Shown one piece after another: positions 32,320 through 46,943 of a stretch of DNA of 64,000 nt. The stretch lies in assembly GCA_030704615.1 (NCBI GenBank), contig CM060733.1, positions 33,356,001 to 33,420,000 of the forward strand, in the 5' to 3' direction. How positions within the stretch are numbered: position 1 is the first letter of the stretch; every line of letters starts with the position of its first letter. This DNA is from Takakia lepidozioides (Eukaryota > Plantae > Bryophyta). Under the pieces are notes generated by a model. The model saw only the letters and a list, made by a program, of their open reading frames with translations, was not told the origin of the DNA and ran no database searches. Position numbers and translations under genes: made by a program.

Positions 32320-35300
32320 ATGACCAATTTTTATGCGCCACATGAGGTCTCTAACATCCTGAAATGCAAGGACTTGAAAGGAAGGCATCGCGTATGTACC
32401 TGTACAGAAGGCACATTGCTGCTTTGTCCGCGTTCGGCTGGTCGGTGAACTCGTGGCTCCGGCGGGCATGGGGTATCTCCCGAAAGAATAGGTCGGTTTT
32501 GTACAGTAGAAAGTCGAGCGGCTTTTACTCACCCATCCCTTCGCTATCCGAGGTGGAAACTCCAAGATAGAAGAGTTGGATATCTCTAAGCACTCAGCCC
32601 GCTTAGTACAATCAGTCATGACCTGTAGCTAGTGAATCATGGTTGTGCTTCCCATTTGAATTCCTTCTTGCCTTCTTGTTATCAATTTACCTTATCTGAT
32701 ACCGAAGCATCAGATTGCTTCAGTATCTACTTAGTTCTAGTTAATCAGGCATTCATTTCACAGCTTCACTCATGTCTCTCTACACAGTGTGCTTGTATCA
32801 AATAAGTATCAGATTACAATTTATCAGGTACCAGGCCAATGTCAAGGTGACTTTTATCCGCCCTATAGTATCACTACAGCTCTGCATGTAATAAGCATCT
32901 ACTGTTCATCTTTTCTCCTTCTTTGTGCTCTCGTTCTTGCTCTCCGCCTGATCCCCTCTTCCCATGACCCAGAAGCGCTCCCCGTGAAGTGTCTTTCTTT
33001 CCGTTGCCGCTCTCCTTATCTGCCCGCAAGCTGTTCTAACCACCTAACTAATTAACCGTCATCCCTGAAGTAACACGTTCCTTCTACAGATGTCGTTCCC
33101 TCACAGTCGTTCCCTGTCAATGATAACTGTTCCCCATGTACTGTGACAGGCTGTGTCAAGCTGTGCCGAGCTGTGACTGGCCGTGTAAGGCTGTGTCGGG
33201 CTGTGCGAAGCTGTGGCGGGCTGTGACTGGCTGTGTCGGGCTATGTCGGGCTGTGCGAAGCTGTGACGGCTGTGACTGGCTGTGTCAGGCTGTGCGAAGC
33301 TGTGGCGGGCTGTGTAACCCCCCTAAAGCCTGCTGCTGCCACCCCTAAGGCTCCTGTTGGTATCAGTCTGCGCAAAAATTAAGGGTACCCCACAGAACTC
33401 GTAAAAGCGTCTAAGTCCCAAGCAGCCCTCTAACAAGCTGCTCTTGCGCATTCGTCGTCATCTGTGGAGATTCTCCATTAGATTGCTTTCCTGAAAAAAT
33501 ACAATGAATCCACCCCCCTACAAGAGTAGAACCGCCAAACGAAGCGTGGGGAAGTACCTGAAACCACCATGTCATGCGGTTCATCCACATGTCGAATGTG
33601 GGGTCAGACAGTTTGTCTGGTTTGGGGAAGCTCCACATGTCCCTTGTACTTTGGGAACCATTCCAGATTTGGAGCCACCGGGTCTGTCCAACCACCCAGC
33701 ATATTCGTAAGCGCCAAACACCACAAAAACAAGTTGTTGCCACCACAATTTGGTTAAGAATGTATCACCTTTTCTGTTGCATCCACACAGGATGTGGCTA
33801 GACGATGGAGCTTCTCCAATGTCATCGTGGGCTTCAGAGCGTGGGAGTAGTGCTTCCCCACCTCCACCAGAAAGTCGGCACCAAGGGCGGGATCAGCTAT
33901 GGCCACGTACTTTACCATCCGCAACTTGTACTTTATGCGGGCCCTGGCCTCCGCAGCTTTGAGATACGATTCGAGTGCTGGGAGGGTTAGATTCTTCTCC
34001 TCTGACTCCATGTAGAACCTCCGCGCATGTGCCAAATCCTGCTGAATTTTCGTCTGTCAAGAATGCACACATAAGATTAGAGATCCTGCTTAACACTTTT
34101 TCTTCTATTGGGGGAGGAGAGACAGATTAGCTCAACAAAACAGTCAGGAGCTTTACCCGAAATATATAGTCCACCATGGCGTCCATGCTCAGCCTATACC
34201 AGGTTCTGTCTGCCTTTGCCTCCGACTTGCGCAGGAGGTCGGCACTGAGCAAATTGGCAAACTCTTGCACCCCCTGCTTCCCGACATCCTTCACTCGGAA
34301 GAGCATATGGGACAAGTTGGCGGCAATGAAGGCATTCTCAGTCACCCTGCAATGCCACATTTCCATCAAGCAATACTGAAATGGGAATTTTGAACAAATA
34401 TGAGGATTCGCAATGAAATGACTTACAAATTTTGGGTCCAAAAGCAAGAGGCGTTGTAACTTACGAGTTGATGTCCGCCATTGTAGCTTTGAGAAGACTG
34501 CGATCTTTGGGCCCCGCAACCTTCAGCACAACACACTCCACGGCGAAATGCCAATCGAGGTCGTTGGGGTGGGCTTCGGCTATGTACTCCATCCATGCCA
34601 GGAGGCGATGATTGCTGTCCCACACGTAAAACATCTTTCCGGACAAGTGCTGGAAAAGAGGATCAGTAGCAATCGATCTCTCAAACTCCTCATTTCGCCT
34701 TTGCCAATGGGGACCCCATTTGTCCACCTCATCGGAAGTGTGGGCACGGGAAGCTCCGTGGTCGTTCTCAATGGAAACGTAAAACGCGGCAGACCCCATT
34801 CGATATCCATCCCGGAAAGAGAATTTCAGCTTGTCGATATCGCCTGGGAGGGCAGGTCTCACCACCTGCAATGACACCAAGCGGCAAAGGGGAATTCGAA
34901 GCTTGGCCGGGTACACCATGCCCCCCAGCACCCTGCCAATGTTGTTGTGGGTTGCCTCCAACATCTTGGCAGCGGCCAACTTCATATCCGCCTCCGACAT
35001 GACGTCTGCTGCAGAGGGGTTCTCCGGCAGCCCACCAGGACCGCCAAATCCAGCCTGTATGCTACGGGTTTGGGGCCTGGGGATGTCCGGGAGGATGTCA
35101 TCCTGATCAGAAAGCTCGGTGTCGTCCTCCTCAACATGGTCAACCACTGGCGAAACCACCTCAAGCACTCTCCCCGTCTCTACTGCCCTCTCCCCGGCTT
35201 GACCTCGAACTTGCACAATCCGTGCTCTTTGTGGTGTTCTTTCCTCTCCTGCACTCTCCACCGTATGGGTAATTGCGGGGGCTGCTCTTGTCCGCGATGG

Positions 35301-35881
35301 TGTAACCGGTGTGTTACTGCCTCTTTGTGGTGTCTTGGAGGGATCCACCGTCTCTATGCGTCCCTCACTTACATGGGCATCTGTCATTTCGGCACCCCTG
35401 GCCTCTTTAGTGGCCTTTTCTCTTTCCGACTGGCTAGCCTTCTGTCTCGCCTGTTCTTTTGCCCTCTCTTTTGCCCTCTCACGGGCTTTCTGTTTCTTAC
35501 TAGGGCTAGCAGCAGGGGAGCCCTCCATGACGACCACCTTTGATTGAGGAGAACTGACACCCTCGCGCGCACTGCTCACTCCCCCTCCGCAACCCGTGAC
35601 GGCTCTCTCGCCGGGGATTGCATGTGCTTGACTTTCTTCTTCTTCTTTGCGTGGGCGGGCCCTACTGCATGTGCATCAACAACCTCCATTGCCGGATCTG
35701 CTGTCCTCACGTCCTCACGCCCTTCACCTGCCATGCCGCCTGCACCAACCTCCCCAATGCCTATTCTGTCGTACTCTCGCTGCAGGTCCTCCCGTCCACC
35801 AACAAAAGGTTTTAGTTTGCCCTCCCGCCCCAAGTTGGGCGATCCAAACATGCGATGAGTTGGAGCTGTCGATGATACCAC
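32320..35881 (-). pseudogene. ParB/Srx-like-domain gene copy A (spliced, 3'-truncated, interrupted by a solo LTR)
   Basis: LRIPLCRLVSLQVVRP...KMFYVWDSNHRLLAW. FFREI..HEF..CLLYR near 32400 is homologous to FFREF..HDL..CLYR at ~39100. Confidence 0.75.
32512..33435 (-). mobile_element. Solo LTR of a family related to Gypsy-1
   Basis: Colinear but diverged relative to 936-1908 (GGCTTTTACTCACCCATCCCTTCGCTAT...CTCTAACA). The left junction fits an AGCTG TSD with a 5-bp deletion. Confidence 0.9.
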
Positions 35882-37165
35882 TAGCGTGCCGGGCTCGTCG
35901 TCACTCTGTCATTCCCGAAAATCGTGAGAACCAACATCGGAATGAAAACCACCATCGCAACGAGCAGCGCAACCACCATCGCAACAATCGTGGAACAACA
36001 ATGAAAACAAAACAAAACCAAGTATGGAGTGCCATGGAACAACAATGAAAACAAATCCAACCAATGCCTAAGAATGACATGCACAAGCAGCCTTCTCGAG
36101 AGCGGGGGGTGCTATTCCGTGAGCCTGGAGGCGTGAGCCTGTGAGCCCAGGAAACCGTGAGCCCAGCACAGGCTCACGCCACGTCAGCATACATACAGGG
36201 CCTATTTCCACGGGTGTCACCTATTTCCGCGGGTTGATCAGCCATTTCCCGGGAATGCAGAGTGGATATGTTACATCCATTGTATCCATTGCATCCATGC
36301 AGACGTTATCAACATACCAAGCCCTCACAAGTTTATGTGGGTACGTCGTGAGGAGGTGCACACTCACATGATCTAAAGCGGAACCCTGCGAAATCTTTTC
36401 TTACTCACCACCCTTGCGAACATGCCAGGTATGTGCGGGAGCATCATGGATGCTCATTAGATTTGAGAATGCGTCACAGCTCTTTGATGAGGTGGACTTC
36501 ACCGTGATGGATTCACCAACCATTCTTCTAGCAGGAATGGTTTGGAGACCAACGACCAAATGATGCGAGAATGTTGTACACGAACCAAAGTCATTTGTTT
36601 GTTTTTGCAATGCACTCAAGTCTGTGAGGTCCAGAAAACACTAAATAGATTGAAGGAACAATCCGGGCAGTCCATGCAACCCCCATCTCCAACAATAGTT
36701 TGTTCCCATTAATGTGCATTCCACGCACACATTGCAAACTGGACAACAAGGACACACAACCATCCCATTTCAAATTTGGCCCCGAATAAAACCAAAAGAA
36801 AACTTCATATCAAGTGTCACAGTCATCAGAATCAGTCTCGACCTCCTGTGCTATGTCATCCACAAAGATTCTGGCCCCAACACCACGTCTTCTACCACGG
36901 CTGTCGATGGGTGGACTCCGAGTGCCATGAACGTAGACAGGTAGCACGCAAGACCGAGGAGGACTGGAAAGAAGTCCAAATAGGTGTGATAGCCCTGGAG
37001 GGCAAGTGGAAGCACGCGGACTCCTACACATGTCGACAAAAACCCATTCAGAACACAATATGCAATACACAAGTCCAACGAAGAGGATGTCTGCCATGTG
37101 AACTTTGCCTCAAGAAGAGTGATTCTCGATATTGAAACAACAATGCAAGCATCCACAGGTTGAAC

Positions 37166-40100
37166 TTACTCACAGGCAAAGTCGGAGTCCAGCTCCTTGT
37201 CGGAAGTCTCCTCTGTATCAATATCAGCGGGACGAGGCTTCGGAAGGACTTGAGAAGTGTGTCCACCCAAACCCATCAGGAGGTTCTTGTAAATCTCAGC
37301 ATCCCCTTCAATCCCAAAGAGATGTCGGGCACTGGCCTTGCAAGCGTGGTACGAAGCACCTGCAGTGGAATAGAATGAAGGAAGCAGACATTGAAGACAC
37401 ATATGGAACGGTGGGAAGTACTGAAAGTGCAAGCTCAATCAAACCTCATGAAATCCGAATGTTGAAGAGACGAACCTGTGCCCATTGACAAATCCAGAAC
37501 TCTGGCGTCTGTATAGGTGCAGCACTCCACAATTGTTTGAATGAAAGCCGGGCTCCTCTCCCTCGCCCCTCTCCAAGGAACCCCATTCCCCCTTCGCAAG
37601 CAGACGTTGTTGTCGACGTAGTTGTGGTGCATGTCATCCGTGGGAGGATCTATCCTGTCGTCTATGAACTTGCCCCCATGAGTGATGGCGAACTCCGAAA
37701 TGCCGGCCGGAGTCGTTGGTGGATGCACTCGGACGAGACAAACAGCTTCAAACAAACGAGTCTGCGAACAACACATCCAGAAGGAACTAAGAAGCTTAAA
37801 AAATCAGGCCCCTACATATGAGTTCGAGCGACCTACACAACTCCATCAGAGAACCACCAAGAAGAGGAAGAAGAAGGAAAATTTACCATCTCTCCCGGAT
37901 GATCCCCCTTCGTAAGGTACATGCTGTTCACACAATTCCATGTCTTCAGGACTCTCATGCCCGAGGCTTTCAAATAGCTGGCAAGTGCACGGCGACAGCG
38001 AACGTCGGCGGACTGTATGAGCACCAAAACACCTGCATCGGATAGGAAAAAATTGCAAAAGGAGAAAACCCACCGCCAGTAGCGCTCATCAAAAGCATTC
38101 CAACCCGGACAAGCACCCGATGGAGGGACATCCGGGACTGCCAACCCATCAGGGATGTCCAAGATTATGAGTTCGGCTGCATATTGCTTCTCCTTCCCGT
38201 TCACCCAGGATTTGGTCATTTTAGCCTGCAAACAAAATTACAATGGAATACTCAAGAGGATTGAAACGATCCATGCCCACTGCAGAGAAGAAGCAAAAGA
38301 GAACACGCACCGTGCCGAGGAACTCTACAATCCTCTCCCACACTGGTGATGGCTCGCCCTTGTAATCAGATTTCTTGGACTCCATCATGGCAAGGAATCC
38401 GACGTTGGCCATCTCCAACCTGGTAGGGCGAATGACCCTCGTCGGATGTTCCACTGCATGGTACGGGTCCTTGGGATCAACCACCCCCTTGTTCTTTCTC
38501 ACGGATCCCCTACCATGCGGTGGAGTCTGCTGGACATGCACCACTGGGCCAGTATCTGCAACACTTCCCTGCCCTTGTGCCACCTTCCCTCTACCCCTTC
38601 CTTTCCCCACAACACCAGCAACATCTTTTCCCTTTGCCTTTCTACCTCTACCTGGGGTATCCTGAGCGGGAGGCTCCTTCTCTGCAAGAGTCCTCAAATT
38701 TCGTTCATGAATGTCGAGGTCGGCTGATGCGGCAGTGGCTGCAATTCGCTCATTCTCTCTCCTCAAAGACACCTCCGGAGCTGGGGTCTCAGAAGGAGGG
38801 CAATCCAAATACCAACCACAAGAAGAAAGATGGTATGGGCCCCAGTCATGCAAGATCCCAGTAGTAAACATGGTCTGATTGCCAGCAGGGACAAGCCAGA
38901 GGTCCATGAAATCTGGATGTTTGTCCAAGCAATTCTCTTCCATGAGAACAAACTTTATGTACTTGCAGGAACAGAGACAGCCTCATTATGCAATGCAATT
39001 ATTGTCTCTCAGCTTTTCCATCACACCAGGAAGACCCCCTTAAACTGTATGCGTCACAGTACATTGCAACCACAACACACTAAGTAGCCTGAACGGCCCA
39101 GGGTGTGCACCTGTAAAGGCATCGTTTCCAGGCTTCCTCTCCTTTTTCTTGCTGGTCAAGGTCATGTGTTCGACTGATGCCACCCTCCTTGCTGAACTCT
39201 CTAAAGAAACAAGAGTGCCACACTTTGGCTCTCCATTTCCTCATGTATGCTTCGAAGGAGACCTTTGGTGCTGTCATAGTGATGCCATAGTCAGCCAGCT
39301 GAGTATGCAGAACCGACCGTGCCCTTTCTTCCAACTGCAAAACAATTCAAATGCAAGAATGAACCCAAAAAAAATCACAGCGAATGTGAGAGGCAATGCA
39401 AAGAGAAGGACAGGAAAAGAGAAAAGAAAGTGACATAGGAAAGGACATCACACCTGGCTCCAGTAAGTGGCCTTGTGAAGCCATGTGTCCAGCACATTGT
39501 CATTGACAGGAATGACACGCTGGGTCTTCTTCTCTTTCTCCGGCCTGGGGAACATGTGGGTATCCCTAACTGTGGGATCGGAGTTCCATATCTGTAGCCA
39601 CTTCACCTTCTGTTCTGAAGACACAACGGCGGTAGACAACCTGTGTAACTTCTCCTAGGCCATCTCTGGCTTGCCTGGCTTGTTATAATGGTTTTTTTTT
39701 TATCTCCAGGAGAAACTGCGATCCGAATGATGGGTCGGCAATTCTCAACTGCTTCACAAAAGCACTCATTATAGTCTTTCTTGTAGCGGTCATCTCTTTT
39801 TGGATGTGACTCTCAACCCCCTTTGCTGTCCTTCTCTCCTCAGGGGTTGACCTGTAGTATTCCAGTTTGCCACGCTCCCTTGCATCTGCAATGTCTTGCT
39901 GCAAGGGAATGCACGAGAGTTGCATTAACCCAAGGGCAAGGGAAACAAACAGAAACAAACATGTGGAAGCAGGAATATGGAAAGGGCAGATGAAGGAAGA
40001 TGTATCTCACCGTGTACATGTACTCCATGACAGCCTCACGTGTCAACGAGTACCACGTTTCCGATGTCTTGGAGCTTTCGCACTTCTTGTACGTCTCTGC

Positions 40101-43100
40101 TGAAAGGATGGTCTTGAAGTTGGTCAAGGGCATCTACCCGATCATTTGTATCCTATACAGTGTGTGAACCAGACTCGTTTTGACATGCGATGTCTCCGTT
40201 CCTCTGCAGAATGATATCTGAAAGTCAGAATGAAATTCAAGGACTTTAATCAAAGAACCACGGAACTACAAGTGGAACATGTAGAATGAGAAACCAACCT
40301 GTTCACATCATTCATTGCCGTCAGAAGACCCATCATGTTCCCCTCACAATCCAGCACCATCGATCGAACAGAGTAATGCCACTCTTCTTCTTGTGAGTGC
40401 AGCCTCCCAATAACAGCCATCCATGCAAGCAACCGGTGGTTCCCATCCCAAATGTGAAACATCTTCCCCGAGAATGCCTGGGTGGAAGGTTTCCTGGAGA
40501 GAAGAAGTTCAAAGGATTCGTTCACCTGTCTCCAAATAGAATCCCAGGAGTCCACGATTGACTCATCCACAAGGAGCTCATTGCCTGTGGAATCCTTTGT
40601 ACAAACTTAAAACACTTCGGATCAATCCAAATACCCATGAACAAACTCGGCCTCTAGCTTGAGAATGTCCTTGATGAGGGGTGGTCGAACGACGGGCATG
40701 GAAACCATCCTACACAGGGGAATCTTCAACCTCCCACCCGGGGCAAGCATACTTTGCACCACAAGCTCAGAGTTTACCTTCTGACCCCCCAGCATCTCAG
40801 CGGCTTTGCTTTCATAGAACTCATCGTCAACATCAACAATGATCTCCTTCCCCAGCCCCGAAGGGATCTCCTCCGCCACATTTTGCATCTTCTCCTGCAG
40901 GGTTGTCCATTCAAATTGATATAAGAGTGAGGCATGAGACGATGGTGTTTGAGCATGGCAGACAGGCCATGTGTGGAAGAAAAGGTGAGCTCAAACAGTG
41001 TGCGTTGACGCACACTGTTTGAGCTGCAAGGTAAGTGTTCCTTGAACCTCAAAGACATGCCACGTAAGTGTTCATTGAACCTCAATAGAAAGCCCTTAGT
41101 GGCCGATTTTCAGATGAAAAAAAAATAAAAAATGAGCTCAAACAATGTGCGTTGACGCACACTGTTTGAGCTGCAAGGTAAGTGTTCAGTGAACCTCAGA
41201 GAAATGCCATGTAAGTGTTCATTGAACCTCAAAGAGAAGCCCTTAGTGGCCGATTTTCAGATGACAAAGGCAATGACAAGGTGAGCTCAAATAGTGTGCG
41301 TTGACGCACACTGTTTGAGCTGCCAGGTACGTGTTCATTGAACCTCAGATACATGCCCTGTATTGCCAAATTTCACAAGGAAAAAACAGTGACAAGGTGT
41401 GCTCAAACAGTGTGCGCCAATGCACACTGATTAAGCTGCCAGGTAAGTGATGATTGATCCTCAAATACAAACCCTATGTGGCCGATTTTCAGATGACAAA
41501 TGCAATGACAAGGTGAGCTCAAACAGTGTGTGTTGACGCACACTTTTTGAGCTGCCAGGTAAGTGTTCATTGAACCTCAGGGACATGCCCTGTATTGCCA
41601 AAATTTCAAAGGGAAAAAACAGTGACAAGGTGTGCTCAAGCCGTGTGTGTTGACGCACACTGTTTGAGCTGCCAGGTAAGTGTTCATTGAACCTTAGAGA
41701 CATGCCCTGTATTGCCGAATTTCACAGGGAAAAAACAGTGACAAGGTGTGCTCAAACAGTGTGGCACGCACACTATTTGAGCTGCCAGGTAAGTGATGAT
41801 TGATCCTCAAATACAAACCCTATGTGGCCGATTTTCAGATGACAAAGGCAATGACAAGGTGAGCTCAAACAGTGTGCGTTGATGCACACTGGTTGAGCTG
41901 CCAGGTAAGTGTTCATTGAACCTCAGAGACATGCCCTGTATTGCCGAATTTCACACGGGAAAAACAGTGACAAGATGTGCTCAAACAGTGTGCGCCAACG
42001 CACACTGTTTGAGCTTCCAGGTAAGTGAAGATTGATCCTCAAAAACAAACCCTGTGTTGCCAATTTTCAGATGACAAAGGCAATGACAAGTTGAGCTCAA
42101 ACAGTGTGCGTTGACGCACACTTTTTGAGCTGCCAGGTAAGTGTTCATTGAACCTCAGAGACATGCCCTATATTGCCGAATTTCACAGAGAAAAAACAGT
42201 GACAAGGTGAGCTCAAGCCGTGTGCCTTGACGCACACCGTTTGAGCTGCCAGGTAAGTGTTCATTGAACCTCAGAGAGATGCCCTGTATTGCCGAATTTC
42301 ACAGGGAAAAAACAGTGACAAGGTGTGCTCAAGCCGTGTGTGTTGACGCACACAGTTTGAGCTACCAGGTAAGTGTTCATTGAACCTCATAGACATGCCC
42401 TGTATTGCCGAATTTCACAGGGAAAAAACAGTGACAAGGTGTGCTCAAACAGTGTGCGCCAACACACACTGTTTGAGCTGCCAGGTAAGTGATGATTGAT
42501 CCTCAAATACAAACCCTATGTGGCCGATTTTCAGATGACAAAGGCAATAACAAGGTGAGCTCAAACAGTGTGCATTGATGCACACTAATTGAGCTGCCAG
42601 GTAAGTGTTCATTGAACCTCAGAGACATGCCTTGTATTGCCGAATGTCACACGGGAAAAACAGTGACAAGGTGTGCTCAAACAGTGTGCGCCAACGCACA
42701 CTGTTTGAGCTGCCAGATAAGTGAAAATTGATCCTCAAACACAAACCCTGTGTGGCCGATTTTCAGATGACAAAGGCAATGACAAGTTGAGCTCAAACAG
42801 TGTGCGTTGACGCACACTTTCTAAGCTGCTAGATAAGTGTTCATTGAACCTCAGAGACATGCCCTGTATTGCCGAATTTCACAGGGAAAAAACAGTGACA
42901 AGGTGAGCTCAAGCCGTGTGCGTTGACGCACAGTATTTGAGCTGCCAGGTAAGTGTTCATTGAACCTCAGAGACATGCCCTGTATTGCCGAATTTCACAG
43001 GGAAAAAACAGTGACAAGGTGTGCTCAAGCCGTGTGTGTTGACGCACACAGTTTGAGCTACCAGGTAAGTGTTCATTGAACCTCATAGACATGCCCTGTA

Positions 43101-46100
43101 TTGCCGAATTTCACAGGGAAAAAACAGTGACAAGGTGTGCTCAAACAGTGTGCGCCAACACACACTGTTTGAGCTGCCAGGTAAATGATGATTGATCCTC
43201 AAATACAAACCCTATGTGGCCGATTTTCAGATGACAAAGGCAATGACAAGGTGAGCTCAAACAGTGTGCGTTGATGCACACTGTTTGAGCTGCCATGTAA
43301 GTGTTCATTGAACCTCAAAGACATGCCCTGTATTGCCGAATTTCACACGGGAAAAACAGTGACAAGATGTGCTCAAACAGTGTGCGCCAACGCACACTGT
43401 TTGAGCTGCCAGGTAAGTGATGATTGATCCTCAAATAAAAACCCTATGTGGCCGATTTTCAGTTGACAAAGGCAATGACAAGGTGAGCTCAAACAGTGTG
43501 CGTTGACGCACACTGTTTGAGCTCCCAGGTAAGTGTTCATTGAACCTTAGAGACTTGCCCTGTATTGCCAAATTTCACACGGGAAAAATAGTAACAAGGT
43601 GTGCTCAAACAGTGTGCGCCAATGCACAATGTTTGAGCTGCCAGGTAAGTGATGATTGATCCTCAAAAACAAACCCTATGTGGCCGATTTCCAGATGACA
43701 AAGGCAATGACAAGGTGATCTCAAACAGTGTCCGTTGACGCACACTGTTTGAGCTGCCAAGTAAGTGTTCATTGAACCTTACGGACATGCCCTGTATTGC
43801 CGAATTTCATAGGTAAAAAATAGTGACAAGGTGTGCTCAAAAAGTGTGCGCCAACGCACACTGTTTGAGCTGCCAGGTAAGTGATGATTGATCCTCAAAT
43901 ACAAACCCTATGTGGCCGAGTTTTAAATGACAAAGGCAATGACAAGGTGAGCTCAAACAGCGTACGTTGACGCACACCGTTTGAGCTGCTAGGTAAGTGT
44001 TCATTGAACCTCAGAGACATGCCCTCTATTGCCGAATTTCACAGGGAAAAAACAGTGACAAGGTGAGCTCAAACAGTGTGCGTTGACGCACACTGTTTGA
44101 GCTGCCAGGTAAGTGTTCATTGAACCTAAGAGACATGCCCTGTATTGCTGAATTTCATAGGGAAGAAACAGTTACAAGGTGTGCTTAAACAGTGTGCGCC
44201 AACGCACACTGTTTGAGCTGCTAGGTAAGTGATGATTGATCCTCAAATACAAACCCTCTATGGCCGATTTTCAGATGACAAAGGCAATGACAAGGTGAGC
44301 TCAAATAGTGTGCGTTGACGCACACTTTTTGAGCTGCCAGGTAAATGTTCATTGAACCTCTGAGACATGCCATGTATTGCCAAATTTCACAGGGAAAAAA
44401 CTAGTGACAACGTGAGCTCAAGCCGTGTGCGTTGACGCACACTGTTTGAGCTGCCAGATAAGTGTTCATCGATCCTCAGAGACATGCCCTATGTGGCCGA
44501 TGTTCTAATGAAAAAGGCAATGATAACGGTAGCTCAAACAGTGCGCCAACGCACACTGTTTGAGCTGCCAGGTAAGTGATGATTGATCCTCAAAAACAAA
44601 CCCTATGTGGCCGATTTTCAGATGACAAAGGCAATGACAAGGTGAGCTCAAACAGTGTGCGTTGAGGCACACTGTTTGAGCTCCCAAGTAAGTGTTCATT
44701 GAACCTCAGAGACATGCCCTGTATTGCTGAATTTCACAGGGAAAAAACAGTGACAAGGTGTGCTCAAATAGTGTGCGCCAACGCACACTGTTTGAGCTGC
44801 CAGGTAAGTGATGATTGATCCTAAAAAACAAACCCTATGTGGCCGATTTTCAGATGACAAAGGCAATGACAAGGTGAGCTCAAACAGTGTGCGTTGACGC
44901 ACACTGTTTGAGCTCCCAGGTAACTGTTCATTGAACCTCATAGACATGGCCTGTATTGCCGAATTTCACAGGGAAAAAACAGTGATAAGGTGTGCTCAAA
45001 TAGTGTGCGCCAACGCACACTGCTTGAGCTGCGAGGTAAGTGATGATTGATCCTCAAATACAAACCCGATGTGGCCGATTTTCAGATGACAAAGGCAATG
45101 ACAAGGTGAGCTCAAACAGTGTGCTTTGACGCACACTGTTTGAGCTCCCAGGTAAGTGTTCATTGAACCTTACGGACATGCCCTGTATTGCCGAATTTCA
45201 TAGGTAAAAAACAGTGACAAGGTGTGCTCAAAAAGTGTGCGCCAACGCACACTGTTTGAGCTGCCAGGTAAGTGATGATTGATCCTCAAATACAAACCCT
45301 ATGTGGCCGAGTTTTAAATGACAAAGGCAATGACAAGGTGAGCTCAAACAGCGTACGTTGACGCACACCGTTTGAGCTGCTAGGTAAGTGTTCATTGAAC
45401 CTCAGAGACATGCCCTCTATTGCCGAATTTCACAGGGAAAAAACAGTGACAAGGTGAGCTCAAACAGTGTGCGTTGACGCACACTGTTTGAGCTGCCAGG
45501 TAAGTGTTCATTGAACCTAAGAGACATGCCCTGTATTGCTGAATTTCATAGGGAAGAAACAGTTACAAGGTGTGCTTAAACAGTGTGCGCCAACGCACAC
45601 TGTTTGAGCTGCTAGGTAAGTGATGATTGATCCTCAAATACAAACCCTCTATGGCCGATTTTCAGATGACAAAGGCAATGACAAGGTGAGCTCAAATAGT
45701 GTGCGTTGACGCACACTTTTTGAGCTGCCAGGTAAATGTTCATTGAACCTCTGAGACATGCCATGTATTGCCAAATTTCACAGGGAAAAAACTAGTGACA
45801 ACGTGAGCTCAAGCCGTGTGCGTTGACGCACACTGTTTGAGCTGCCAGATAAGTGTTCATCGATCCTCAGAGACATGCCCTATATGGCCGATGTTCTAAT
45901 GAAAAAGGCAATGATAACGGTAGCTCAAACAGTGCGCCAACGCACACTGTTTGAGCTGCCAGGTAAGTGATGATTGATCCTCAAATTCATACCCTATGTG
46001 GCCGATTTTCAGATGACAAAGGCAATGACAAGGTGAGCTCAAACAGTGTGCGTTGACGCACACTGTTTGAGCTGCCATGTAAGTGATGATTGATCCTCAA

Positions 46101-46943
46101 ATACATGTCGTTTGTGGCCATTTTTCAGATGAAAAAACAATGACAAGGTGGGCTCAATTAGTGTGCGCCAACGCACACTGTTTGAGCTGCCAAATAGTGG
46201 AGAATTTAACCGGGCATAGTGGCCCAATGTGGCCATTTTTCACACCATCAACCAAGTAAAATGCGGGGCTCAAACAGTGTGCGTCAATGCACACTGTTTC
46301 AGCTTCCAATTCGTGGTGGATTGAACCTGCCGTAGTTTCCCAATTTGGCCGTTTCGCATATCAACTAGCCAGCAAAAGGGAAGGCTCAAACAGTGTGCGT
46401 CAACGCACACTGTTTGAGCTTTTTGTTCGCGGTTGATGCAACCTGGCAGCGATGCCGTGTGTAGACTATGTTCATATCGAAATAGAATCTCAACTTGGGT
46501 TCACATTAGCAATGCAGCACAAATGTGGGTTTCAAAGATTGAACCTTTTTTTTGGTTGCTCCAGAAGACTCCCCAATCGCTGGGGACCCTTTGCGCTTTG
46601 GACTGCTCTCCACGCCTCGCATGTTCTGGAGCATCTCCCCCAACCTCTCTTCCACTATTAGGTTCTTCGTGAGGCCAGCGTCAACATCATCTTCGGCGTC
46701 TGCGTCTCCCTCGGATGCAGTGTCCTCCGCATCTGTTCTTGGAACTATGGCAGGTTGCTGTTCTTCTCCGGATTCCTGCTCTTCCATCGCCGAACTTTGC
46801 TCTTTGCCCTCTTCTTCCGCCTTTTCCTCTTCGGCCACTCTTTCCATCCTCATTCTATATCTGGCTCTATTCCTGTTTCTAGAGCTCGTGAAGTATAATG
46901 ACTTCCTTCTCTTCCTCCTCCGCTGGAAACAAGGTCTCCCCAC
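37166..46943 (-). pseudogene. Multi-exon gene B: acidic N-terminus, ParB/Srx-like domain and beta-class N6A/N4C DNA methyltransferase-like domain
   Basis: IWDGNHRLLAW at ~40430. ELIILDIPDG is motif IV-like. Splicing out a GT-AG intron at 37360-37475 gives ERSPAFIQTIVECCT..RVLDLSMGTGASYHACKASARHLFGIEGDAEIY. Phase-0 intron at 40895-46544. Two in-frame stops near 40605-40625. Confidence 0.75.
40975..46420. repeat. ~116-bp satellite (~47 copies, two subtypes) with a palindromic core
   Basis: Each unit holds AGCTCAAACAGTGTGCGT-TG-ACGCACACTGTTTGAGCT (18-bp stem) or a variant. Higher-order duplications occur at offsets of ~697 and ~1391 bp. Confidence 0.96.

Noticed and set aside
36118-36180. GTGAGCC-rich motifs here and at 51700-51790 as long TIRs of MULE-B
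   Set aside because: The motifs occur in both orientations at both sites and give no continuous inverted alignment or TSD. They are better read as target sequence flanking B.
40975-46420. CRISPR-like array of palindromic repeats
   Set aside because: The sequences between palindromes are themselves repeated (two subtypes), not unique spacers. No cas genes, and the context is eukaryotic.
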